Shown: one piece after another, positions 27,001-37,725 of the stretch
Numbering within the stretch: position 1 is the stretch's first letter
Layout of the letters: every line of letters begins with the position of its first letter
Origin: a virus
Taxonomy: Duplodnaviria; Caudoviricetes
DNA length: 64,000 nt
Reading direction: 5' to 3' (one strand)
Virus record (IMG/VR): IMGVR_UViG_2806310546_000001
Notes under the pieces: model-generated
Told to the model about the DNA's origin: nothing
The model's database searches: none
The model's input: the letters and a program-made list of their open reading frames with translations, nothing else
Position numbers and translations under genes: made by a program

Positions 27001-28440
27001 CAGGCGGCAGAACCTCCCGGGTCATGGCCGGACAACAAGTCAGGGAACCGGTGCAGCTCCGTCACCACCGGGCAGTTACCGCCCGTCGGGCACCCCAAAA
27101 TCAGGGCGTGGAGCCGCTGGAAATCCCGGCGCAAGTCCTGGATCAGCTCGTGGTCGTTGTCGCGGTCACGACGGATCTGATCCGCGTCAGCAACCACCTG
27201 CCGCAACTTCTCGTCCGCAGCGTTCGCGCGCTCGTTCGCCACCGACGCCGACTTCTCCGCCGCCGTCATCCGATCAAACGCCGACTGCGACATCTGCAGG
27301 TGCAGGCCACCGACGGCGATCGCCGCCTCCGTGCCCGTCTTCCCCGCCTCAGCCCCAGTCTTCGTGGCCTCCGCAGCGAGCTTCTTGTTCTCGTTCGGGA
27401 ACTTCCGCCACAGCAGAATCCCGCCGAGGATCGCGACAATCCCGCCACCCACGCCCATCACCTGCGACACCACGCCCATGACGGCGGCGAACACGGCTAC
27501 TCCCCGTCCGGGTCAGAGATCACCGGGGTGGACTCGACGCCGACCGTGACCAGGGTGTCCAACTTTCGGAGATCGACGTGGATCTGACGGATCCGTACAC
27601 CAGAGGCGATCGCCAGGCCCAGGAACACGGAGCCGGCCGTCGCCCCAGCGGGACCGGACGAAGCGAGAGCGGCGGGGAGGAACGCGCACAGCGGCCAACC
27701 CATGCCGTACATGGCGACCCGCTCCACCTGCAGCGACCGGCGAAGCGAGATCGGGCGCAGCAGCGGGGACAAGTGGACGCGCAGCAACGCGACCTGCCGC
27801 AGCCGGGAATCTCCAAGCCGCGGGCACGTCACCGCCCACAACCCGAGCAGCGCGAACCCGCCGACCAGCGCATACCAGGCCGCGGACGCGAGACTCCCCC
27901 ACGCCAGGTCGATAGCCGCCGACCGGAGCTGCGGGCCGACGAGACCGAACACCCCGATAACGACGCACGCGATGAGGACGGCGACCTCGAACGGGTGCCT
28001 ACCGTCCCGGACGACCAGCGCGGGCCGGGTCACTTCGATCCGTACTCGAGCGCCTGCGAGATGTGCCAGAAGCCGACACCGGCGAACACGACTGCACCCC
28101 AGTAGGAGGCGACGGGGTTGGCCTCGGCTGACTGGAAGAACCACAGCGCCACGAGGCCGTGCATAAGAGCCCCGATGAACAGGGCGACCATCACGGTGCG
28201 CCGCCCGATCGCGGCTGACACGAGGAGAGCCACGGCACCGAGGACCAGCAGGGTGCCCCACAAGCGGATCCCGCCGACCTCGCGCATCGTGCTGAACGAC
28301 GCGGCCGACGCCCGAGCGTCCCCACCGAGAAGCAGAGAGATGCCGAGGGCCGCGGCGAGAGCGGTCGCGGCGAGATAGGCCCGGCCGAGACCCGGGAAAC
28401 CCCGCCACAGGTGGGTGATGTCCGTGCGCTGCAACCTCAC
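27000..28440 (-). CDS. three membrane proteins, lysis-associated/holin-like (27000-27494, 27497-28033, 28030-28440)
   Basis: 1, about 4 and 4 TM segments; directly follow the tail genes. Confidence 0.55.
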
Positions 28441-28537
28441 CGTTCACCCCCGTACTTCGTGCTCGTGCCTACTGCGGTCGTTCACACTTCTGGTTGGTTA
28501 ACGACTAGCGGTCGTCACCGGATACGGCCTGGCTCGT

Positions 28538-31081
28538 TTACGCGACCCTCTGCAAGGTCAGGAACGACGGCGGATACAGGCTCGACGCGAGGATGTTGGA
28601 CGAATTCTGCGCCCACACCAGCTGCAGCGTTCCGGCAGCCGACGGGCGGAACAGGCCACGCGGGCAGGCGACGGTCACCAAGCCGCCCGAACACCCGAGC
28701 GCGATGGTGTTCCCCGCACCGATCGCCGTGACACCGACGGTCTGCAGAGACCCGGCCGTGGTCATAGCCGTACCGGAAGCGTCCATGCCGTTGGCGCTCC
28801 ACAGGATCGACGCCATCGCCGGGCCCGTGAACCCGATCTTCACATCCGAGATCGTCGGACCGTTGTAGCGGATCAGGCCGTCCAGTAGATACGTCGCACC
28901 GGCCGACACCGAGAACGCCATCCCTGCCGCGTTGACCGGGGTTGTGGACGCGACCACATCGGCCTGCGACGCGAGCTCGACGTACCGAGTCAGGCCCGGG
29001 GCGTCCCCCGTCGGCAGGTCGTCGGCCGGGATCGTGTCCCCCACCGGCATCTCCCGCAACTGCCCGCCGATCAACACCAGCGGGTTACGTGCAGCCACTG
29101 GTCAGGACCGCAGAACCGGGGTGCCGTAGTTGAAGTTCAGGCAGGTCGCCGAGACCGCGAGGCCGACGACCTGGACGAGCTGACCGGCCGCCGTCGGGGC
29201 CGTGGCAGTGCTGCCGCCAGCAGTCGTCGGCGAAAGGTAGGCGACGCCCGGCGAGAGACCGGTGACAGCGGTGTTGCTGCCTTCGTAGTAGCAGGTGGCC
29301 GTCGCGTTGGCTGCCACCGCCGTCAGCACGAAACAGTGCGCTTCCTTGCCTGCCGTGGACCCGTCCGCCTTGCGGACACGGAACTGACCGCTCGACGACC
29401 ACACGTTCACCAAGTCCCCGGCCGCGAGAGCCTCCGACGCGATGATCTGCGCCGTGTCCGCGCCGATACCGGTCGGCATCAGATTGGCGGCGAGCTTTCC
29501 AGACCCGTCCGTAGCCACGATCTTTCCCGCGTCTCCCGAGCCAGCAGACGATGCGATCGCCTCCGTCTCGGCGAGACCACCGGACGCGGCCAGGCGAATG
29601 TACTTGTCGGGCACGATGAATCTCCCTTACGGCGCCAGAACAACGGACTGGAAGCGGTCCACAAACACACTCGTCGGGGACGTAGCGGTGCCGACCTGCG
29701 CGACGAACATGAACCGAGGACGAGACGGGGCCGCCTGAGTCAGCCGCCCCTCCTCGGAGAGGTAGACGGGGCCGACCGTCCACGACCACGACGGCTCGTC
29801 GATCGGGCCGCGGGTCACGACCTCCACCAGCCCGCCGGCCGACGCAGCACCAGCGGTGAGCCACAGTGGCGCCCACCGGTCCAGCATCCGGTTCGACGCG
29901 GCGTAGCGGACCGACCCGTCCGGGAGCGGAGTCACCACACGATGCCCCGACAAGTCCACAGCGGCGGTGGCCTGCATGCTCAGGGTGCGGGTGCTCGACA
30001 CGCCGGGAGCGCCCACCACGGGAACCACAGCAACCGAACCCAAGACCGGGGCAGCAGTCGCAGCCATGGGCGGGCCGGGAGACGACACAGTCACCGACGT
30101 GGAGGACGGTGGAGCCAGGTGGATCGGCGGCAACCCAGAACCCATCTCACGCATAGACAACCGAGCCCTTCCCCCACAGCTCCGGGCGGCCATCACGGAT
30201 GTAGAACAAGCGGGCCTGCTTCATGCCAGCAGCGACCGCAGCGTTCACCTGCGACGGGGAAACCGACCACGTGAACGACGCCCCATCCACGGCGGCAGCC
30301 CACACGATCGGGGCGTTACTACCAGACGACGTCAGCCGCAGCTCCGCGGACGAGCCCTGCGGCCACAGGTCGTCGTCGTTCACCACCGACGCCGTGAACC
30401 ACGAATCCTTGCTCAGGTAGACGGTGAGCGCTTGAGGCTGGTAGCCGAGAGAGAGCGTCACGCCGTCACCTTTCAGCCGTTCCTACTGCCGGGAGATGTG
30501 GTCTTCCCGCTCGTTCGCTGCCTCGAGGTCCCGGGCTTCCTGCTCTGCTAGGAGGTCCGAACGACAACGCCACGCCAGGGCGGTCATCCCGGCCAGGAAC
30601 AGGAACGGACCGAGGCCGAACACCGCGACGAGCGCCGACGGGGCCATGATCAGCGCTACGGCCAGGATGGCCAGAGCGACGGCGGACAGAACCCCGAAGA
30701 GACCTATCGCGATCGTGTAGGCACGTACGGTCATACGGGACTAACGCTCGCAAACCCGCGCCGTGACGGTCACACGTTGCTCAACGAGTTCCACATGCCC
30801 GTGACCGCCGCGATGATCTGCGCATCCGTGATACCGGCCTGCGCCGTCGGGCCGGCGGCAACGATCGTGGGGTCCGTGACAACCAGCGCCGCGTACTGCG
30901 TGAACATGTCCAGCCCCTGTAGCACGATCGAACGGGCGAATGCGACGCGCTGTTCCTTGCCGGTTGTACCCGTCTCGGTCACGACTTTGCGGGCTACAAA
31001 GTAGAACGCCAGAGCCACCCGCCGCTGGAACGTCGAGTCCTGCGCGATCGTGGCCGCGCCGTCCAGCGTCAAAGATGCCAC
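28538..31081 (-). CDS. small tail-associated and hypothetical genes (28538-29098, 29102-29614, 29627-30154, 30147-30461, 30483-30734, 30770-31081)
   Basis: Tightly packed Gly/Ala/Thr-rich ORFs downstream of the tail fibre. Confidence 0.55.
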
Positions 31082-31091
31082 GGTGCGCCTC

Positions 31092-34000
31092 CTAGAAGTT
31101 CGGGCCGAGGTAATGCACCGACATCTCGGTGAGGATGCCGTTCGCCGAGGGGGCGAAAGTGCAGGACGCGTTACTCCAATTGCCGAAATAGAGAATGTCT
31201 CCGGCCACAAGAGGGACCACCCGGTTCGCCTGCGTTGGGGATCCGTCCGTGCCGTTGGCGTTGAACTGGCGGATGTCGCGGGCCACCGACGATCCCGATG
31301 TCCGCGCGTTCTTCGTCACGAACCCCACGATGTTCGCTGTCGCGTTCGTCGAGGCTTGAAAGATCGTCTTGTAGTCGACCAGGTAGTTCCCGCTGACCGG
31401 GATGGTGATGTTCGTGAACGTCGCCGCGCTCGTGCTGATCGCAGCCATCCCGTAGATGTCCGCGGTGACCACCCAGTCGCCCTGCGCGTAGACGTCCGTG
31501 GAAGCAGTGAGAGACACCGTGGCGTTGAGCCGGATCCGGCAGTACGGAACCCGGCCCATCGGGTAGACCTGGCCGGCGTCGTCGATGATGTGCGGCGTGG
31601 ACTTCCCGCCGCGGCGGAGCGTGAAGTTCCGCAACACAGCCGTAGGCGGGGTGCGCGGGATGGGGTCGGCGACAGCGGTCCGGAACGTCGCCACCGTGCC
31701 CAGCCACGCCTGCGCAGACGACATCGTGACCGCCGACGACACAGCGCCAGTCGCCGTAGCTACCTTCGACGCGACCGCGTAACCGTGCCCCGCTGCGCCG
31801 TTCCCGGACGCAACGATCATGAACCCGTTTGTCGGGTTCTTCCACGTCCCGCTTGAACCGATCGTCGGGGACGCCCACGCTGCGATCTGTAGCTCGTTCG
31901 CCTGGACTGTCGTGCCCGTGGTGCCGCTGTTCGCGGTCGACCCACTGCCGCTGTTGTTCGCGGAAACATCCAGTGTGCTGCCAGGCGCGATGCCCGAGTA
32001 CTCGAACAGGCCGACAGCCCACCGAGGGGACAAGGTCGCCGAAAACGACTCGGACGATCTCGAGGTAGCAGCCCCGGGCGACACGTAGTAGAGCAGCAGC
32101 TTCGACGTACCCGATGTGACACCGTCGATATAAGTCCACCCCGATGGAACGGTGACCTGCGGCGCGCCTGACCCGCCCGACGACGCCACCACGTACACCG
32201 ACATCACGAGCAAGTTCCCGGGCTTCGTCGCCGACGTCCACTTCGGGGTGATCGCCGACGCCGGCCCGGAGTCGATCCACGAACGGGACTGCCGCAGAGT
32301 CGGTTTCTGAAAACCGGTGGCGGGCTGCTCGCACAGGTCGAGGTAGTCGGACTCGATCTGGGAGCCGTTCCCGAACTCGATCCGGCCAGAGAGGTACGCG
32401 TTGGACTGGCCCGTCGCCGGATCCCGGGACAGGGCGAAGCCTGTGTTGACGCCGTCCCAGTACAGCAGCGGCGTGACCGCGTCGCCGATCTCCGTGCGCC
32501 ACCCGTTCGGGTCGCCCGCAATCAGAGTGTTCACCAAGACCAGCAGGGCCTCGAGCTTGTCCGCCGTCACCGAACCGGCCTGGATCGCACCCGCCGTCAC
32601 CGAGTTCGCGGCCAACTTGTCCGCCGTCACAGCCAGCGCCGCGATCTTCTCCGCGATCACCGACGCAGCGACCAGCTTCTCCGTCGACACCGACCCAGCG
32701 GCCAGGTTCGCGGCCTGCACCCCGCCGGCGACGATGTTCGTCGACGTCACCGAATCCGCGGCGAGCTTCCCCGCAACGATCGAGTTCGAGATGATCTCGT
32801 TCGCGCCGATCGTGTTCGCAGCGACCGTGCCGGCGGTGACCGCATTCGCTGCGATCTTCCCGGCCACCACCGAGTTCGCGGCGAGCTCCGTCGCCCCGAC
32901 CACACCCGCCGAGATCGTCCCAGCAGTGATGGCGTTCGCCGCAACCTTCCCTGCGACCACACTGTTCGCCGACAACTCCGCCGACCCAACAGCGCCATCC
33001 TGGATCGCCGGAGCCGTGACAGCGTTCGCGGCGATCTTCGAGGCATCCACCGCGCCAGACGCGAGCTTGCTGGTGTCGACCGCGCTACCGGCGATCGTCG
33101 TTCCCGTCACAGCGCCGTTCTGGATGTGCGCCGTCCCGATCGCCCCGGACCCGATAGCCCCCGACCCGAGCGGCAGCGACACCCACGACGAACCGTTCCA
33201 GCGGGACACCGCGTTCCCGGCGGACGTGTTGAACCACAAGTCCCCCACCGACACGCCCGTAGGGGCGGCGGCCTGGTAGAACGCCTGGATCTTCCCGTCC
33301 GCCGTCGACTGCGCCGTCTGCGCGTTGACCAGCGCCGCCGCGATCCGAGTGTCCGACACCAGCACCCACGTGGACCCGGACCAGCGGTACAACTTGTTCG
33401 CGTCGTCCGTGTCCAGCCACAGATCGCCGGTGTTCGCACCCGACGGTGACGACGCCTGGTAGTAGACGGTGACCTTGCCGTCGACAGCGGCCTCAGCGCC
33501 CGCAGCCGCCGACAGAGCGTTCGCGGCATCCGTCTGCGCCTGCTGAGCCGACGCCAAAGCGGCAGCCACGCCCTGGTCGTTGACCGCGACCCAACCCGAC
33601 CCGGAGTAGCGGTACAGCTTGTTCTGGTCGTCGGAGTCAGCCCACAGAGACCCCTGAGCAATCGTCCCAGTAGGCGCCGAAGCCTGGTAGAAGGTGGCGA
33701 TCGAGCCGATGTCCGCGGCCGTGAACGTCACTTTCGCCGGCGTGATCGACCCGTCCACGATCTTCGTCGCGTCCACCGAGCCGTTCGCCAGCTTCGACAG
33801 GTCCACGACCTGATTCCCGAGCTGCGCCGTACCGACTGCCCCCGCGGCCAGTTTCGCCTGCGTGACCGCATTCGCCGCTAGCTTCGTCTCGGTGACAAGC
33901 CCGTCCAGGATCTCCGTCGCCACCACTGGCTGCGGACGGGCAGGGCCGGCCACAAACGACGGCTCCGACGCCACACCCGACGTGTTGTAGGCGATCAGGA

Positions 34001-34457
34001 CGCACCAGTGGTCCGTCTCCGGCAACGGCGCAACCGGCATCGTCGCCGCACCCAGGAAGTGGCCGACGACGTTCCCGTCCGACGGGATGAACGCCTGCCC
34101 GACCGGAGACACGAACACCTTGACGTGCGTGAAGTCCGACGGGGCCTGGCCGGCGAACTCGCCGTTCCAAGTGACCGCGACACCGTTGACCGTGCCCGTC
34201 AGCTGCGGGGTGTTCGGGCGAGGAGGGGCGGTGCCGTTGACCGCGAACCAGCCGAACTTGCCATCGACCTGAGCGCCGATACCGACCCGCTGTACACCGT
34301 TGTCGGTGAACCACAGCGTTCCGTTGTCGACGCTCGAGTTCCCCAACTGAGAGGCCCGCTGCCCTGCTTTGAGGGTGTCGACCTCGCGGCGGAGCTCGGC
34401 GAGTTCACGGACCAGGGTCCGGGTTGCCGGATCGGCGATTCGGGACGCGTCGACCAC
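31092..34457 (-). CDS. long tail fibre / minor tail protein
   Basis: Fn3-like N-terminal region, three YQA..P.G...G.LW......N...R..GS.WV repeats, long KIAANAVTA-type repeat tract, Ser/Thr-rich C-terminal domains. Confidence 0.8.
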   Translation of the reverse strand: MVDASRIADPATRTLVRELAELRREVDTLKAGQRASQLGNSSVDNGTLWFTDNGVQRVGIGAQVDGKFGWFAVNGTAPPRPNTPQLTGTVNGVAVTWNGEFAGQAPSDFTHVKVFVSPVGQAFIPSDGNVVGHFLGAATMPVAPLPETDHWCVLIAYNTSGVASEPSFVAGPARPQPVVATEILDGLVTETKLAANAVTQAKLAAGAVGTAQLGNQVVDLSKLANGSVDATKIVDGSITPAKVTFTAADIGSIATFYQASAPTGTIAQGSLWADSDDQNKLYRYSGSGWVAVNDQGVAAALASAQQAQTDAANALSAAAGAEAAVDGKVTVYYQASSPSGANTGDLWLDTDDANKLYRWSGSTWVLVSDTRIAAALVNAQTAQSTADGKIQAFYQAAAPTGVSVGDLWFNTSAGNAVSRWNGSSWVSLPLGSGAIGSGAIGTAHIQNGAVTGTTIAGSAVDTSKLASGAVDASKIAANAVTAPAIQDGAVGSAELSANSVVAGKVAANAITAGTISAGVVGATELAANSVVAGKIAANAVTAGTVAANTIGANEIISNSIVAGKLAADSVTSTNIVAGGVQAANLAAGSVSTEKLVAASVIAEKIAALAVTADKLAANSVTAGAIQAGSVTADKLEALLVLVNTLIAGDPNGWRTEIGDAVTPLLYWDGVNTGFALSRDPATGQSNAYLSGRIEFGNGSQIESDYLDLCEQPATGFQKPTLRQSRSWIDSGPASAITPKWTSATKPGNLLVMSVYVVASSGGSGAPQVTVPSGWTYIDGVTSGTSKLLLYYVSPGAATSRSSESFSATLSPRWAVGLFEYSGIAPGSTLDVSANNSGSGSTANSGTTGTTVQANELQIAAWASPTIGSSGTWKNPTNGFMIVASGNGAAGHGYAVASKVATATGAVSSAVTMSSAQAWLGTVATFRTAVADPIPRTPPTAVLRNFTLRRGGKSTPHIIDDAGQVYPMGRVPYCRIRLNATVSLTASTDVYAQGDWVVTADIYGMAAISTSAATFTNITIPVSGNYLVDYKTIFQASTNATANIVGFVTKNARTSGSSVARDIRQFNANGTDGSPTQANRVVPLVAGDILYFGNWSNASCTFAPSANGILTEMSVHYLGPNF

Positions 34458-34504
34458 CGCCACCTCGCATCCATCGCAGCCGGGGGGAGTCGCAGTGGGG
34501 GCGT

Positions 34505-35701
34505 CTAGAAGGTGGAACTGGACCGCAGCGCGAGCTTCACCGACTCGGAGGCCGGGGTGTACACGATCGACAGGACCCGCTGCTTCAACTGCAGATAGCC
34601 CAGCCACGGGATGTCCGCCGCAACCGGCACGTCATCCCCAACGTCGTATGAGCCGAGCGACGCGTTCGGGTGCCTCGCGTGCACGGTCACCTCAGTGACG
34701 TCGGCCAAAGCCTGACGACGGTTCAGCTCGTCCAAGGCGATAGCGTTCGCGGCCTGGATCGAGTCGATCGTCTTGTCCTCGACCACCACGACACGGCGCA
34801 GCCGGTTCCTCAGCGGACGTGACGCCTCACCGCGGATCCGCGCCGTCCCCTCGCCCTTACCGAGGACGACGACGTGCGAGGCGTACCGGTCGTCGGGCTC
34901 TTCCGGCCCGATCGCGGCGATGATGTTTTCCTCCTGCGCGAACCGCACACCCGTGGGTGTCGTGCCGATCCGCGGGTATCCCAACTCGATCCAGTGGATG
35001 ACGTCGGTCTTCGCCGCGTTCCAGGCGCACCGCTCCACGAAATCGAACGGGGTCTCCTTCGCGAGCGACTCGATCTCGGACTGGCAGTCCTTGTGCTCCC
35101 ACCAGTCCAGCGCCGAGTACGGGCCGGCGGTGAAGTCCACCTGGCTCGTCGTCGTGTCGGTCGTAGTGGTTCCGGTGGTCGCGCCATCAGCGCTTGCGGT
35201 GAAGGAAACTTCCTTCTTCGGTGTCCCCACCTGCGCATCGGTCTCGCCGACGACGGTGACGCCGAGGTTGCTCGCCGGGTAGGACTGCAACTCAGCCCAG
35301 ATAGCGCGGACGATGTCGGCCGGATCCAAGCCCAACCCCACACCGGTCTCCCCCGACGCGGAGTCCGTACCCGAAAGCAGGAACTTCCCCAAGTAGGGGA
35401 TGCCCTTCGCGTACGCAGACGGGCCGGCCGCATCCAACGTGAGCGTCTCGTCGGCGTCGATCTGCGCGGGCTGCAAAATCCCCGACGCCCGGATCACCCC
35501 GTCCTCCTCGACGTGAATCCACGTCGCCCACGGCTCAAGCCCGATGTCGCGGATGTCGCGGAGCTCAGCCGGGAAGTTTCCGGAGATCGCGGTCGGCCCG
35601 GACAGATTCCACTGCACAGTCAAGTCGCTGACCCGGATGTCCCAGTGCAGGAACCGCTTCGTCAAGATGTCCTGGGCGATGACTCTCGTCGACTCCGGCA
35701 C
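34505..35701 (-). CDS. minor tail (baseplate hub/Tal-like) protein
   Basis: Position; LGYPRIG, VVLGKGEG and YDVGDDV motifs. Confidence 0.7.
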   Translation of the reverse strand: MPESTRVIAQDILTKRFLHWDIRVSDLTVQWNLSGPTAISGNFPAELRDIRDIGLEPWATWIHVEEDGVIRASGILQPAQIDADETLTLDAAGPSAYAKGIPYLGKFLLSGTDSASGETGVGLGLDPADIVRAIWAELQSYPASNLGVTVVGETDAQVGTPKKEVSFTASADGATTGTTTTDTTTSQVDFTAGPYSALDWWEHKDCQSEIESLAKETPFDFVERCAWNAAKTDVIHWIELGYPRIGTTPTGVRFAQEENIIAAIGPEEPDDRYASHVVVLGKGEGTARIRGEASRPLRNRLRRVVVVEDKTIDSIQAANAIALDELNRRQALADVTEVTVHARHPNASLGSYDVGDDVPVAADIPWLGYLQLKQRVLSIVYTPASESVKLALRSSSTF

Positions 35702-35704
35702 CGG

Positions 35705-36766
35705 CTAGTCCGGGTACCTCTGGAAGAAAACATTCAGCCGAGACGTGGTGCCGGCCTTCGCGTCCATTCGTCCCGGCCCGTTGTAGTAGTGCCGCATCTG
35801 CAGGCGGAACGTCACGACCCGCCCCCTGATGCTCGAGGGGACAGCGAACGTGCCCCCATAGGGGATCGTGTGGCGGGCCGGGACCTGCCCGTAGTCCAAC
35901 GCCACCGTCAGCGGAGCCTGCGCCGACCCGTTCACCGTCATCCAGATCTCGCCGAAGATGTCGCCGTTCAAGATCTGCGCGCCGTAGACCGCAGCGTCGA
36001 TGTCCATGCTGGTCGCCCAAGACGGGATCGGCACATCCCACGTGGCGGCGGCCGGCCAGCTCTGCGTCGCCGTGGTGTTCGCGTTCAGGTAGTTGTGAAC
36101 GGTGTCGGACGACGGATAGTTCGCGTCCCGCGCCGACGGCTTGAACTGCACATAGCTCGACTGCGCGATCGGGGGCGGGGTCACTGGCGGGTTGTCAATA
36201 ATGACTGTGCGGGTACCGCCGAGCGTTGCGAGAGACCTCAGGTCCGTGATGTGCGACTGCTGCACGATCCCGGTGCTCGCTGGCCGAGTGATCCGAGCCA
36301 GGGTGATAGCCGACCAGCCGCCCTCTGTGGGTCGCTGCGCGATGTCCCACGTCGTCGAGGCGACCCCTTCAATGACCTCGATGAACGCGTACGGACCGTC
36401 GATGGCGGCCTGCCCCGTGGGCGTCGCCCACGACCCGGCCCCGGACACGTAGGGGTCTTTGATGACGAGAATGACGAGATCTGACCGACCGCCCGACGAC
36501 GTCGTCGGGGACACCGTCACTTGCTCTGCCACATCGAACTTGCCCGCGTACCCCTCGTAGTTGCTGGCGAGGTGTTTCGCGCGGACCATGTATGCACCAG
36601 GCATCGCCTGAACCGCCGCCCCAGGCGTACCCAATGCCTTGATGGCGCAGTCGGCGGTCCCCAGAACGCCCTGAACCCCGGTCGTCAGCCCGTAGGCGAG
36701 GAGCCGGATCGACGCCGGAGTGTGCAGGGCGTTCTGGCCGATGTAGATCGGGTTGGGCAAAGCCAC
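35705..36766 (-). CDS. minor tail protein
   Basis: RSDLVILVIKDP and ITDLR motifs; position in tail-tip cluster. Confidence 0.7.
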   Translation of the reverse strand: MALPNPIYIGQNALHTPASIRLLAYGLTTGVQGVLGTADCAIKALGTPGAAVQAMPGAYMVRAKHLASNYEGYAGKFDVAEQVTVSPTTSSGGRSDLVILVIKDPYVSGAGSWATPTGQAAIDGPYAFIEVIEGVASTTWDIAQRPTEGGWSAITLARITRPASTGIVQQSHITDLRSLATLGGTRTVIIDNPPVTPPPIAQSSYVQFKPSARDANYPSSDTVHNYLNANTTATQSWPAAATWDVPIPSWATSMDIDAAVYGAQILNGDIFGEIWMTVNGSAQAPLTVALDYGQVPARHTIPYGGTFAVPSSIRGRVVTFRLQMRHYYNGPGRMDAKAGTTSRLNVFFQRYPD

Positions 36767-36828
36767 GCCGAACCTCCTGGGAGTAGCGGGTCACGGCACG
36801 GCGGAAGGCGCCAAGAACGAAAGGAGCG

Positions 36829-37725
36829 CTAGTACGTGGAGTGCGCGGGACGGACAGACGTCGTCACCGAAGAAGTGCCAGTCGGATCGAACCCGCGGAG
36901 CAGGACCTGGGCCGTGCCCGGAGGGACACGCATCTGCGAGAGCCGTTGCGACGTCGCAGTGAAGTCACCGGCGAAGTTCGCGCCGTCACTGACCCGACGA
37001 ACACCTCGAGCCCACGGCGTCGGCTCGACCGTGATGGCCTGGTCGTAGGCGATCGTCGTGTTCAACGTCGCCGACCACATGCCGACGAGCTCGATCGTGG
37101 GCTGCTGGATCGGGCCGCGCACCGTCCACGACAACCACGCAGGCTTCGACCCGGACACACTCAGCTGCCCCGAAGCGATCCCGGCAGTGGTAGCCGCCCA
37201 TCCCCCGGTCTGCGGGCCGATCAGCCCGCCCAACTGGGCCGGCACGAACGGCACCACAAGCTGAGCAGTGCTGTCGCCGTAGTAGAGATTGTCGACCGTG
37301 TTGAACTCGGCGACGTAGTCGATCCGGCCCTGATGATCGAACGTCGACGTCGGAGCGAGCTTCCCCGTGCGACCGTAGACGCGTCGCGGCTCGCCGGCCC
37401 AGTTCCAGCGCAGAACCGAGACGGCGCCCGGGACGCTGCGGACAGACTCCGCGTCCCAAGCAGCCTCGAGCGCAGCCGCCGCGGCCCTACCCTCAGCCTT
37501 CGTGTAACAGTCGACCGTGATCTCGAGGGTGATCGTCCGCCCCCCCCGATGGCCCCGACCCCAGATCTGGCCATCAGCACGGGGTGCGTTCGTCGGGTCG
37601 TCCCGGACATCGGCCTCACCGAACTCGGGTGTGCCGACGATGTACTTCGTGCCGTCCCGGAACTGGCCGCGACCCATCAACAACGACCCGTCGAGCTCCC
37701 ACTGGCGGTCGAGCAGCACAGCCAT
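36829..37725 (-). CDS. distal tail protein (Dit-like)
   Basis: Immediately after tape measure; GPIQQPTI and PPGT motifs. Confidence 0.7.
   Translation of the reverse strand: MAVLLDRQWELDGSLLMGRGQFRDGTKYIVGTPEFGEADVRDDPTNAPRADGQIWGRGHRGGRTITLEITVDCYTKAEGRAAAAALEAAWDAESVRSVPGAVSVLRWNWAGEPRRVYGRTGKLAPTSTFDHQGRIDYVAEFNTVDNLYYGDSTAQLVVPFVPAQLGGLIGPQTGGWAATTAGIASGQLSVSGSKPAWLSWTVRGPIQQPTIELVGMWSATLNTTIAYDQAITVEPTPWARGVRRVSDGANFAGDFTATSQRLSQMRVPPGTAQVLLRGFDPTGTSSVTTSVRPAHSTY

Noticed and set aside
32540-33160. DNA periodicity suggesting a CRISPR or tandem array
   Set aside because: Explained by protein-level repeats in the tail fibre; no repeat-spacer structure and no cas genes
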